Assembly (NCBI GenBank): GCA_043228905.1
Contig: JBHGNT010000004.1
Location: 24,180,001-24,244,000 of the forward strand
Origin: Azolla caroliniana
Taxonomy: Eukaryota; Plantae; Polypodiophyta
Length of the DNA stretch: 64,000 nt
Direction: 5' to 3'
A program made the position numbers and the translations under genes. Shown here piece by piece: positions 11,794-23,145 of this stretch; position 1 is the stretch's first letter; every line of letters begins with the position of its first letter. The notes under the pieces are model-generated. The model ran no database searches. It was not told the origin of the DNA and saw nothing but the letters and a program-made list of their open reading frames with translations.

Positions 11794-13920
11794 ATGAAGG
11801 GGGCGGATCTTGCAGAGGCCATGGCTTCGGCCGTGGATCGGATAGTAAGCGCGCGCGAGGGCACCGGCGCCCTCGATAGAGCTATTGAGGCGGTCGTCGG
11901 AACGATCGGTCGATTCACCGGAAAAGATGCCACGAAGTACCTGGCGTCCTACGGTGCGGAAATGTTAATGCGGGACATTCCGGAAGACAGGCGTCTGGCC
12001 GGTTTTCCCCGAGTGGCGATGCCGAGCATCCACGCGGAGGTGCTCGAGGTGCGGGCGGAGAGCCGTACCTGGGAGGAGTTCGAAGGTCGGCTCCTGGAAA
12101 AATACGGACTGGACGACGCGCTCCGGCTTTCGAAGCGAAGCTTCATGGAGTGGGTGGAGTCTCCCGGGAAGGGAAGGAATGCGTCGGCACTCCTCCGGGA
12201 GTTCGAGGAGAACTTCGCGCGCCTTTCGGCGCTTGACAGGATGGTCCTGGATACAAGCCGGGTCCTGCTGTTCGTCAAATCGGTTGACGAGAGGGATCGG
12301 AGTCACGTGGGCGCCCTGCTAGAAACCGAAGATGGGCTGACAACCGACTGGGCGGCGGTCAAGAGAGCCTGCGGCCGTTTCGACAAACGGCGAGAATGGG
12401 AGGATGACAGAGCAACCGGGTCGGGCTCAGTCGCGGCGAGGAAACTCGAGCCGGCGCAGCCGGTGCGAAGGGAAGAGACTCGGGAGTGGTTGGAATCCGG
12501 TTCGGCTCCGACCGGCGTGATCGGAGGCTCGACTGGGGGAGCTGCGTTGGAGGAACTGACGAGGGCGATAAAAGACCTCCAAATCGCACAAGCCCACAGA
12601 GAAGGCGGAGGACCTGCTCGTGACCGACGGCCGGCGGCAGGGAACAGGTGCATGTGGTGCGACGGGGTCGGCCACATCCGAAAAGACTGCGGCGATTTCG
12701 CAGAGGCGCTGAGGAACCGGGTGGTGTACCTATGGGAAGGCCGGGTTCACGCCAACGACACGAGAAGGGCCCTAAACCGAAACGACGGGCGAGGCGGAAT
12801 GAAGAGGTTGATGGAAGAGGCGGCGGCCCGACATGCGGAAACCGTCCACTACTCGGCGTCGGCCGGCATTCGAGTCGGGGGCGGCGAGGCCCGAAAGGAA
12901 AGCAAAGCCGGATTCTGGCCGACGATGCTAGAAGGCCTTGCCGGTGCAGGGCTTAAAAGGGAGGAATCGGACCGTGCGGAGAAACGGGTGCGGGAGATGA
13001 CCGGGTGGAGCGACCCGGTCGAGGAAAAGACGGGCTTCGTGGAAGCCGCTTGCAGGAACTACGAGGCCCTGGTAGAAGAGAAGCGGGTGGGGAAACCCGG
13101 GACGACCGGGCCCTCACAACGATACGAGACCCGGTCCGGGCCACGACGGGACGAAGCCGGCGGGGCCGGTACGCAAGGTAAACCCCAGAAGGGCGGATAC
13201 CGTCTGGGGACGGAGATAGAAAGAACCACGGACTTACGGAAGGTCCTGGAGGAACGGATCCTCGACAGCAAGGTGGAGCTGTCGCTACGGGAGGTGCTAG
13301 GAATCGCCAAGAAGGAGTTCCACGACTCCATCGTGGACTTGGTGAAACGGAAGAGGCTGTCAACGGAGGCAGAACCGGAAAGTCCGGTGGAAGTGCGGAC
13401 GACGCACCTGGACGACATGGCGCTGGAAGACGAGTGGGCGGAGAGCCACTATTCGCGGCCACACTGGGCCCGAGCGACCACGGAAACCCCGGTAAAGATC
13501 GGCGATGTCCAGGAACCGGTAGTAGCTTTGGTGGACCACGGATCGGAAATCAACCTGATGTCCATGGACTTCTATAAGAAGGGCAAATGGCCGATCAACA
13601 CCAAGCACGGGTGGAAGATAAGGGCGGCGACGCGCGCCACCGAGGAACTTCACGGGGCCTGCCCGAATGTACGGGTCAAGATCGGCGATGTCGAGATAGA
13701 CCAGCACTTCTTCGTGCAGGAGTCGTCATCGCACCCCGTCATACTGGGAGAGCCGTACATCACGGCGGCTCGAATGGAGACCAAGGTGCTGGACAACGGT
13801 TCGGCCTATGCGCGGGTCAAGAGCCAGGACGGGCGCCATTCGGTCCAGTTTTTGACGGTTAGGCCGAACCACGAGCGTAACCGCGACTCCCTCGGTTCCG
13901 ATAACCGAGAGGATTTTTAG
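11794..13920 (+). CDS. gag: Gag-protease polyprotein (708 aa)
   Basis: CMWCDGVGHIRKDC knuckle; protease motifs ALVDHGSEIN and VILGEP. Confidence 0.93.
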   Translation: MKGADLAEAMASAVDRIVSAREGTGALDRAIEAVVGTIGRFTGKDATKYLASYGAEMLMRDIPEDRRLAGFPRVAMPSIHAEVLEVRAESRTWEEFEGRLLEKYGLDDALRLSKRSFMEWVESPGKGRNASALLREFEENFARLSALDRMVLDTSRVLLFVKSVDERDRSHVGALLETEDGLTTDWAAVKRACGRFDKRREWEDDRATGSGSVAARKLEPAQPVRREETREWLESGSAPTGVIGGSTGGAALEELTRAIKDLQIAQAHREGGGPARDRRPAAGNRCMWCDGVGHIRKDCGDFAEALRNRVVYLWEGRVHANDTRRALNRNDGRGGMKRLMEEAAARHAETVHYSASAGIRVGGGEARKESKAGFWPTMLEGLAGAGLKREESDRAEKRVREMTGWSDPVEEKTGFVEAACRNYEALVEEKRVGKPGTTGPSQRYETRSGPRRDEAGGAGTQGKPQKGGYRLGTEIERTTDLRKVLEERILDSKVELSLREVLGIAKKEFHDSIVDLVKRKRLSTEAEPESPVEVRTTHLDDMALEDEWAESHYSRPHWARATTETPVKIGDVQEPVVALVDHGSEINLMSMDFYKKGKWPINTKHGWKIRAATRATEELHGACPNVRVKIGDVEIDQHFFVQESSSHPVILGEPYITAARMETKVLDNGSAYARVKSQDGRHSVQFLTVRPNHERNRDSLGSDNREDF

Positions 13921-13976
13921 AGAGGGCTGCCAAGGCGTGGGGCCGCGACAGTCCGGACACCCCGGGAAAACCCCAC
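13911..13976 (+). promoter_or_regulatory. -1 ribosomal frameshift signal: G GAT TTT plus H-type pseudoknot
   Basis: The heptamer lies directly before the gag stop and the -1 frame is the pol frame. Stems GGGCTG/CAGTCC and GTGGGG/CCCCAC covary across copies. Confidence 0.85.
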
Positions 13977-16900
13977 ACCTGTACGATAAAACCGAAGAAA
14001 CCTTGTACCATAGGTAGGGAATTTTTGTTCTCCGACAGCGGAGCGTGCACGATAGTCGGCATCGGCGGCCGAGAGAAGACAAAGGCGGAGGGGAGACTTC
14101 GAGCGTGCGGAGTTCTCGGCCCTGACGAGGAAATCAACGGAGCCGTGGAGGCGGTCTCATTCGACGACACCTTGGGAATGCTGGGAAAGGTAGTCGAAGA
14201 AGGCCTTAACGAAGACCGGACGATACCGGTGTGTTCCGAGGAGATGTACGAAGTCATCGCGGACTTCGGTCGAGGGCTCGAGTCAGTTCGGACGGCCCAC
14301 GTAAGCACCAAGTACAAGACTGTGGACCGGAAGGTAAGGCCGGTCGCGGCACCCTTACCGGAGGACAGCGCGTCGAGAATCAAAGGGGTTGCATCGGACC
14401 CTAGTCTACGAGATCCGGCCTGCATAGGGCACACCTTCACCGACGAGACGCTCCAAGAGCTCAAAATCGGTGGGGCCGGGTTCCTACTGCCGGCGGAGGA
14501 AGACCGGTTTCGGAGAATGCTCGGAAGGCACGGGAGAGCCTTCGCATTCTCGCCGGAGGAAATCGGGTGCGTTGACCCGACGATCGTGGAGCCGATGGTG
14601 ATATTCACGGTACCGCATGTACCATGGAATCTCAAGCCGATCCCGGTTCCGAGAGCTCACATCCCGAAGTTGATGGAGCTGCTGAGGCAGAAAGTTGATA
14701 TGGGAATTCTCGAGCCGTCGAGCGCCCCATATTCGAATCGATGGTTTACCGTACCGAAGAAAAACGGTTCGTTGCGTTTCATCCAGGACCTGCAGCCGGT
14801 CAATCGAGTGACCATTCGGAACGCTGGGATCGGACCGACCATAGACGAGTTCGCGGAGGCCTTCGCCGGAAGGTCAATTTACTCGGTCGGGGATCTATAC
14901 TCAGGGTACGACCAGTTCCAGCTAGCCGTGGAGAGCAGAGACATTACGACGATGCGAACTCCCCTCGGCCTAGTTCGGATGTGTACACTGCCGCAAGGAG
15001 GGACCAACTCGGTGGCCCACATAGTGAATGCGATGAACAAGGTTCTGAGGGACTGTATCCCGGACATCACCATGCCGTTTCTGGACGACATCCCGATCAA
15101 GGGATGCCCGGTGGAAGAAAAGGACGAGACGATCGGGCCGGACGGATGCCGGCGATTCGTGGCGACGCACATCGACGACTGCGAGAAGGTGCTGCAAAGG
15201 CTAGAGGAAGCGAGACTCACCTTCTCCGGGGAGAAGTCGGCCTTCGGGCAGTCAGAAATCGTGGTGGTCGGACACCTGTGCGGACCCTATGGCCGGAAAC
15301 CGTCTCCGGCAAAGGTAGAAGCCATCTCCGCGATGAAGCCCGACTGCAGCTCGGTCACGGAAGTACGGAGATTCCTGGGGGCATGCGCGTTCTACCACAT
15401 ATGGATCCCGCATTACGCACACGTCGCGGAGCCACTGTACGGGTTGCTGAAAAAGGGGCGAAGGTTCGAATGGCTAGACGAGCACGCGGAATCGGTCCGG
15501 GAGCTGAAAAAGGCCCTTGCAGTGGCACCGGCACTCCGGAAGGCGGTATACGGGAAGGGTACCCCGGTATTCATAACGGTGGATACCAGTCCGACCGGGA
15601 TCGGATGGGTCGTGAACCAGGAAGACGAGGACGGCAATCGGTTTCCGATCCGATTCGGCGCGAAAGTCCTCAGTGAACGGCAGCGAGGATACGCCCAGGT
15701 TAAACGCGAACTCTGGGGTATTGTTTCGGCGGTTAAGGCCGACAAAGACTACCTGATAGGGACAGAAGTGATCATCGAGACGGATTGCCTGCCGATTCTC
15801 GGTATGGTTTCCGGATGCGCGACTCCGGACCTGGCGATGCTCAGGTGGATAGCGTACATCAAGTCCCTGGATCCGGAGATACGACACATTTCCGGGAAAG
15901 ACAACGCCATGGCCGACATGCTTTCGAGGGCGAGGTTTGACGACGAGGGCGGCATGGTTTCGGAAGACGAAGAAGTCGGCGTGGATTTCTTCGAGGCGGC
16001 ATACATAACGACCGACGGGATGAGCACTCCGGCGCTTAATGAGTTCGACGCGAGCAAGTACGACGGGGAGTGGCTGCAGATCGGCGGGTTTTTGAAGACA
16101 ATGACGCCCGATGCTTCATGGACGAAGGACGAGGCCAACCGGATCCGGAAGAAAGCATATCGATTCTTTCTCCGAGATGGGCATTTGTGGAAGCACCCGA
16201 AGAAGAGGAACGGCGTCCCGCTCCGGGTGGTGGCGATGAAGGAAGAACAGGAGGAGCTACTGGCGGCCTACCACGACAGCCCTTGGGCTGGACACCGTGG
16301 AACGTGGGCGACATTTGAGAAGCTGAAGGGGAAGTACTGGTGGCCGGGGTTGTACCAGGACGTGCACCGGTTCGTGACAACTTGCGAGAGCTGCCAGATG
16401 CACTCCATTATCCGACATCGAGACGAGCTTCACCCTACGTACCCTCCGGCCATCCATTTCAAATGGATGGTAGATCTGGTGACGATGCCGATGGGGGTAG
16501 GACAGATGCGGTATCTGGTCCTAGCGCGGGAAGACCTGACGAACCAGGTGGAAGGCCGAGCCCTTCAGAACAAGACGACCGCGGCCGTGTGTCGGTTCCT
16601 GATCGAGGACGTGATATGCCGGTACGGGTGCGTCGGGAAGATCGTGGCTGACCGAGGGGAGTTGGACGCCGAGGAAGCCGCGGAGCTGTTCGATCGGCTG
16701 GGAGTCAAGCTCTCGCTCACCACTGCGTACAACCCGGAGGCGAATTGAAAGGTGGAGCGCGGACACGGGCCGATCGTTAAGGCGCTGGTTCGGGCATGCG
16801 GAGGCCAAGTCGGTAACTGGCCACGACTTCTACCTTATGCTTTGTGGGCAGACCGGACCACGCACAGTTCGGTAACCGGGTACATGCCGACGGAGCTCAT

Positions 16901-17408
16901 GTTCGGCCAGAAGCCGATCATGCCGATTGAACGGACGATCTCCTCGTGGGCAACGGTCGACTGGAGGGACGAGATGAGCCGGGAGGAGTTGTTGACCGCA
17001 CGTATACGACAGCTCGAGCGGAGACCGGAGGACGTGGCACTGGCTACGAAGAAGCTCCGGGTGGCGAGGAGAAAGAACAAAGCCCGGTTCGACCGGACGC
17101 ACCGGCTACGACCGAAGAAAATCGACGAAGGTGACTGGGTGCTCGTCTACGACAGCAGCCTCGACAACCAGCACCGAGCAACGCGGAAGTTCGCACGGAG
17201 ATGGTTCGGGCCGTACACGGTACAGAGCGCCAACGACAACGGGACGTATCATCTGGCGGAGCTCGACGGTACGAGAATAGCGATACCCGTGGCCGGGAAG
17301 AGGATCAAAGCTTTCAAGAAGCGGCACGACGACGAACCCGACCCGATTCTCCTGGACAGCAGCGACGACCGATCCGAGGCCGAGGAAGGGCCGGCAGGCG
17401 AAGAGTAG
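13911..17408 (+). pseudogene. pol: Element B pol (RT-RH-IN) with one premature stop (GGA>TGA at 16746-16748)
   Basis: ORFs 14025-16748 and 16752-17408 share a frame; sibling copies read EANGKVERGH. Confidence 0.93.
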
Positions 17409-20400
17409 AGGCGGGCCGGTTTTCTCCGTGCCAACTTAATTTGGCGCATGCCGGTGGATGCGCGGTTAGGTGGGGGCGGATGTCGTGAAGAAAACCGCCC
17501 ACAAGAGGAATCGGAGGAACAAGGCGTGGGAAACGGCTCTACACACACACGCGCGCCAAGAAGTACCTAAGGACGAAGTAGGTACATACGAGGATCCTAG
17601 GTGGGTAGATTCGGTTGGTATGCAGTTAATGCCAAACGGCCTCTTGACGGGCTATAAAAGGAAGAGGAAGAATAGAAGTGGTTTTTTTTTTTCGCCCGCG
17701 GAGAGGACGAAGTGCTGCCGAACCGATTTCGGAGCTTCTCTCTCACTCCGGCTCTCTCTGTCTTCTGCTCCATCGCGTACCTGTGCAGGTTTCGAGGAGG
17801 CTCGCGCTGTTCCGTGGAACGCCCCGAGTGCGTCCTGCAGCACCTCCGACCTGTTTTCCCTTTCTGTGCGTCGCGACATACGGGGGGGTCGGCAGCTGTT
17901 CGCCGCCCTGTTCGTTTTCGTTAGTATCTATTTTGTGCCCCGCCGTGGGTTGTAATACTTTAGTCTGTTATTTTCTTGCATTCGTAAGTACATATCTCTC
18001 GCTGTTGCGTCCATCTGCGTCGGCGTTTATTTGTGATCTCTGTTTGTTGGGCCGTCCCTGTGCAATCGTCGGCTCTGCGCAATCGGATCTTCGGTTCTGT
18101 GTAATCGGGTCTCTCTTACTCCTCTCTCTCTTGCTCTTCGGTTCGAGACCCCCGTGGTCCCTCCTCCTTTCTACACGCAAGGGCGTAGCAACCCCGACAA
18201 CGGACGATCTCCTCGTGGGCAACGGTCGACTGGAGGGACGAGATGAGCCGGGAGGAGTTGTTGGCCGCGCGCATACGACAGCTCGAGCGGAGACCGGAGG
18301 ACGTGGAACTGGCTGCGGAGAAGCTCCGAGTGGCGAGGAAAAAGAACAAAGCCAGGTTCGACCGAACGCACCGGCTCCGACCGGAGAAAATCGAAGAAGG
18401 TGACTGGGTGCTCGTCTACGATAGCAGCCTCGACAACCAGCACCGAGCTACACGGAAGTTCGCACGAAGGTGGTTCGGGCCTTACGTGGTACAGAGCGCC
18501 AATGACAACGGGACATATCACCTGGCGGAACTCGACGGCACGAGAATGGCGATACCGGTTGCAGGGAAGCGGATCAAAGCGTTCAAGAAGCGACACGACG
18601 ACGAGCCAGACCCGGCTCTCCTGGTCGGCAGTGACGAACGATCCGAAAACGAGGAAGAACCGACGAGCGAGGAATGAAGACGGGCCGGTTTTCTCCGTCC
18701 CAACTCTCTTGGCGCATACCGGAGGATGCGCGGTTAGGTGGGGGCGGATGTCGTGAAGAAAACCGTCCATAGGCGGAATCGGCGCACCTAGGCGTGGGAA
18801 CCGGTTCTTCACGCGCGCAAGCTCCAAGTTGTACGAAGAAGCGAGTTAGGAGGATAATCGGCAGGAACGGGCCCTAACACAGGTGGAGACAAAGACCGCG
18901 CGAACAGTCTTTTCGGTCGCGCGCGCGAGCTGAGGGACGGCACGAGTCGGCGGCGTAACTACGCGGATGCGTGAAGAACGGCGCGGATCCCTGTTCGAAA
19001 GGGACAGGGAATAAAGCTGACAGGACGGCCTGCTCGTCGGGCTATATAAGAGCAGGAAAGAGCTGTTGCAGGGATCTCGCGCGGAGAGGACGAAGTGTTG
19101 TCGGACCGTTTCTGGACGCTTCTCTCTCTGTTTCCTTCCTTCTTGAGCTCCATAGCTTTTCTGTGCAGGGTTCCGAGGAGGCTCGCGCTGTTTCGAGGAA
19201 CGCCCGAGTGCTTCCGGCAGCCCCTTTGTGCGTCGAAGTGAACAGGCATCGGCATCTGTTCGCCGGCCTGTTCGGTTCTAACCAACCTGTGCCCCGTCGA
19301 GGGTTGTAGTCGTGTTAGCCATTTTTCTTAATATACATATTTAGTCATTCGCATCTGTCTGTGTCGGTGTCTGTTCGCGTTCACCGTGCTGAAGGGCCGC
19401 GTCCCTGTGTATCCCCGGCCCGCGTAGCCGGTTCTCTCCCTTTCTCCTCCCTCGCTTGCTCTTTGGTTCGAGACCCCCGCGGTCCCGCCTCGTTTCCACA
19501 CGCACTTGCGTAAAATCTCGACACCGTCGAGCTCCGCGAGATGGTACGTCCCATTGTCGTTGGCGCCTGTTACTACGTAAGGCCCGAACCACCTCCTCGC
19601 AAACTTCCGCGTGGCCCTGTGCTGATTGTCGAGGCTACTGTCGTAGACTAGCACCCAGTCGCCTTCCTCGATCTTCCTTGGCCTGAGCCGGTGTGTTCGG
19701 TCGAACCGGGCTTTGTTCCTTATCCTCGCTACCCAAAGTGTCTCCGCGGCTCGCTCTACGTCCTCCGGCCTCCGCTCGAGCTGTCGAATCCGCGCCGCCA
19801 ACAGTTCCTCCTGGCTCATCTCATCCCTCCAGTCCACCGTGGCCCACGAGGAGATCGTTCGCTCTGTTGGCATGATCGGCTTCTGTCCGAACATAAGCTC
19901 GGCCGACATGAACCCGGTCACCGAACTGTGCGTAGTCCGGTCCGCCCACAAGGCATAAGGTAGCAGCCGTGGCCAGTTCCCGACCTGGCCTTCGCACGCC
20001 CGTACTAGCGATTTGACAATCGGCCCGTGTCCGCGCTCTACCTTCCCGTTTGCCTCCGGATTGTACGCTGTGGTGAGCGAAAGGTTGACTCCTTGCCGGT
20101 CGAACAGCTCTTCGGCCTCTTCTGCATCCAACTCACCACGATCAGCCACGATCTTCCCTACGCACCCGTATCGGCATACCACGTCCTCAATCAAAAACCG
20201 GCATACGGCTGCAGTCGTCTTGTTTTGCAGGGCTCGGCCTTCAACCTGGTTTGTTAGATCCTCTCGATCCAGCACTAGATACCGCATCTGTCCTACCCCC
20301 ATTGGCATCGTCACCAAATCCACCATCCATTTGAAGTGGATGGTCAGAGGGTAGGTGGGGTGACGCTCGTCCCGGTGTCGGATCATGGAGTGCACCTGGC

Positions 20401-20511
20401 AGCTTTCGCAAGTCATCACGAACCGATGCACGTCCCGATATAGTCCCGGCCACCAGTACTTCCCTTTTAGCTTTTCGAACATGGCCCACGTTCCACAGTG
20501 TCCAGCCCAAG

Positions 20512-20798
20512 TGTCGAATACATGTGTATAATGGACGTATTCACACTATCCCGTTTTGGCCATTTATGTAATTAGCATAAAGGGTAGTTGCCCTAAGTCG
20601 GTCACTATATATAGTGACCTTGTAACTTTTTTGTAAGGTTGGATGTTGTATTAGTGCTTTGAGAAATAAGAAAGTTTTTTGTGCCTCTCTCTCTCTCTCA
20701 CTCTCTCTCTGTTAAACGACATAGAAACAGTCATACGCAGGTATTCAGAAGACTCGAATGCTTCTTGATCTTCCGCATTGACGACCTCGTCTCCAACA
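20512..20798. mobile_element. 287-bp solo LTR, probably Copia, with 5-bp TSD CCAAG
   Basis: TG..CA termini; ccaag at 20507-20511 and 20799-20803; TATA and (CT)n inside; interrupts HDSPW|AGH of C. Confidence 0.85.
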
Positions 20799-23145
20799 CC
20801 AAGGACTATCGTGGTACGCCGCCAACAAATCCTCATGTTCCTCCTTCTTCGCCACCACTCGGAGCGGGATGTCGTTCCTCTTCTTCGAGTGCTTCCATAT
20901 GTATCCGTCCCGGAGAAAGAATCGGTAGGTTTTCTTCCAAATCCGGTTGGCCTCGTCCGATGTCCATGCCGCGTCTGGTGTCATTGTTTTCAGGAACCCG
21001 CCGATCTGCAGCCACTCCCCGTCGTACTTGCTCTCGTCGAAATCATTAAGCGTTGGAGTGCATTCCCTGCCGGTTGTTACGTGAGCCGCCTTGAAGAAGT
21101 CCACGCCGACTTCTCGTCCTCCGAAACCATGTCGCCCTCGTTTTCGAACCTCGCCCTTGAAAGCATGTCAGCCATGGCATTGTCTTTCCCGGAAATGTGT
21201 CGTATTTCCAGATTTAGGGACTTCATATACGCTATCCACCTGAGCATTGCCAGGTCCAGCGTCGCGCATCCGGAAACCATGCCAAGAATTGGCAGGCAGT
21301 CCGTCTCGATAATTACCTCTGCCCCGATCAAGTACTCTTTATCGGCCTTTACCGCCGAAACGATACCCCAGAGGTCACGTTTAACCTGGGCATATCCTCG
21401 CTGTCGCTCGCTGAGAACCTTCGCGCCGAACCGGATCGGGAAACGCATGCCGTCCTCGTCCTCTTGGTTGACGACCCATCCGATCCCGGACGGACTCGTG
21501 TCTACCGTTACGTAAATTGGAGTGCTCTTTCCGTAGACAACCTTTCGGAGCGCCGGAGCTGCCGCAAGTGCTTCCTTCATCTTTCGGACAGACTCCGTAT
21601 GCTCGTCTCTCCACTCGAATTTTCGCCCCTTTTTCAGCAACCCGTATAACGGCTCCGCGACGTGGGCGTAATGCGGGATCCATATGTGGTAGAACGCGCA
21701 TGCTCCCAAGAACCTCTGAACCTCCGTGACCGAGCTACAGTCGTGCTTCATCGCGGAGATGGCTTTTACCTTAGCCGGAGACGATTTCCGGCCGTACGAC
21801 CCGCATAGGTGTCCGACGACCATGATCTCTGATTGCCTGAAGGCCGATTTTCCCTCGAAGAAGGTGAGCCTCGCGCCCTCCAACCTCTATAGCACCTTCT
21901 CGCAGTCATCGATGTGCGTCGCCACGAATTTCTGGCACCCGTCCGGTCCGATCATCTCGTCCCTTTCCTCCATCGGGCATCCCTTGATCGGGACGTCGTC
22001 TAGAAACGGCATGGTGATGTTCGGGATACAATCCCTCAGCACCTTGTTCATTGCGTTCACCATGTGAGCCACCGAGTTCGTCCCTCCTTGCGGTAGGGTA
22101 CACATCCGTACTAGGCCGAGAGGAGTTCGCATTATCGTGATGTCTCTGCTCTCTATGGCTAGCTGGAACTGATCGTACCCCGAGTAGAGATCACCGACCG
22201 AGTAAATCGACCTTCCAATGAAGGCCTCCGCGAACTCGTCTATTGTTGGTCTGATTCTTGCGTTTCGAATGGTCACCTTGTTGACCGGCTGCAGGTCTTG
22301 AATAAAGCGCAGCGTGCCGTCCTTCTTCGGCATGGTAAACCACCGATTCGAGTATGGGGCACTCGACGGTTCGAGGATTCCCATCTCGACCTTCTGCTTT
22401 AACAGCTCCATCAGCTTCGGGATGTGAGCTCTTGGCACTGGAATCGGCTTGAGGTTCCACGGTACATGCGGTACCGTGAAGATCACCATCGGTTCCACGA
22501 CTGTTGGGTCTACGCACCCGATCTCCTCCGGTGAGAATGGGAAAGCCTTCCCGTGCTTTCCGAGCATTCCCCGAAAACGGTCCTCTTCCGCCAGTAGTAG
22601 GAAGCCGCCCCCACCGATTTTGAGCTCGCACAGCGTTATGTCGGTGAACGTGTGTCCTATGCGGGCCGGATTTCGTAAACTCGGGTCCGATGCAACCCCC
22701 TTTATTCGCAACTCGCTGCCCTCCGGCAAGGGAGCCGCGATTGGCCTCACCTTCCGGTCCACAATCTTGTACCTCGTATCCACCCGGGCCGTCCGATCCG
22801 GCTCGAGCCCTCTTCTGAAGTCCGCGATGACTTCGTACATCCTTTCCGAACATACCGGAATCGTCCGGTCCTCTTTAAGGACTCCTCCGACTACCTCTCG
22901 CAGCTCCCCCAAGGTATCGTCGAAAGAGACCGCCTCCACGACTCCGTTGATTTCCTCTCCAAGGCCGAGGACGCCACAATCCCAAAGTCGCTCCTCCGCC
23001 CTTTTCTTCTTCCGACCAACAACGTCGACTATCGTACACCCTCCGTTGTCGGAGAACCAAAATTTCCTACTTATAGTACAGGTCTCCTTCGCTATCATAC
23101 ACTTGTGGGGTTTTCCCGGAGTGTCTGGACTATCACGGCCCCTCT

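Larger units (their letters stand above)
11030..18199 (+). mobile_element. Gypsy element B, full length and young: LTRs 11030-11750 and 17481-18199, TSD ACGG
   Basis: TGTCG..CGACA termini; the LTRs differ by about one substitution and a 2-bp indel. TSD acgg at 11026-11029 and 18200-18203. Confidence 0.97.
8110..19523 (+). mobile_element. Gypsy element A: 5' LTR remnant 8110-8233, gag deleted, 3' LTR 18749-19523, TSD CCGT
   Basis: 8110-8233 matches the start of the 18749 LTR. TSD ccgt at 8106-8109 and 19524-19527. Inserted in the integrase C-terminus of C. Confidence 0.93.

Noticed and set aside
16746-16751. In-frame TGA in B pol (and at 37609 in H gag) as programmed readthrough
   Set aside because: Sibling copies have sense codons there, so these are best read as point mutations or sequencing errors.
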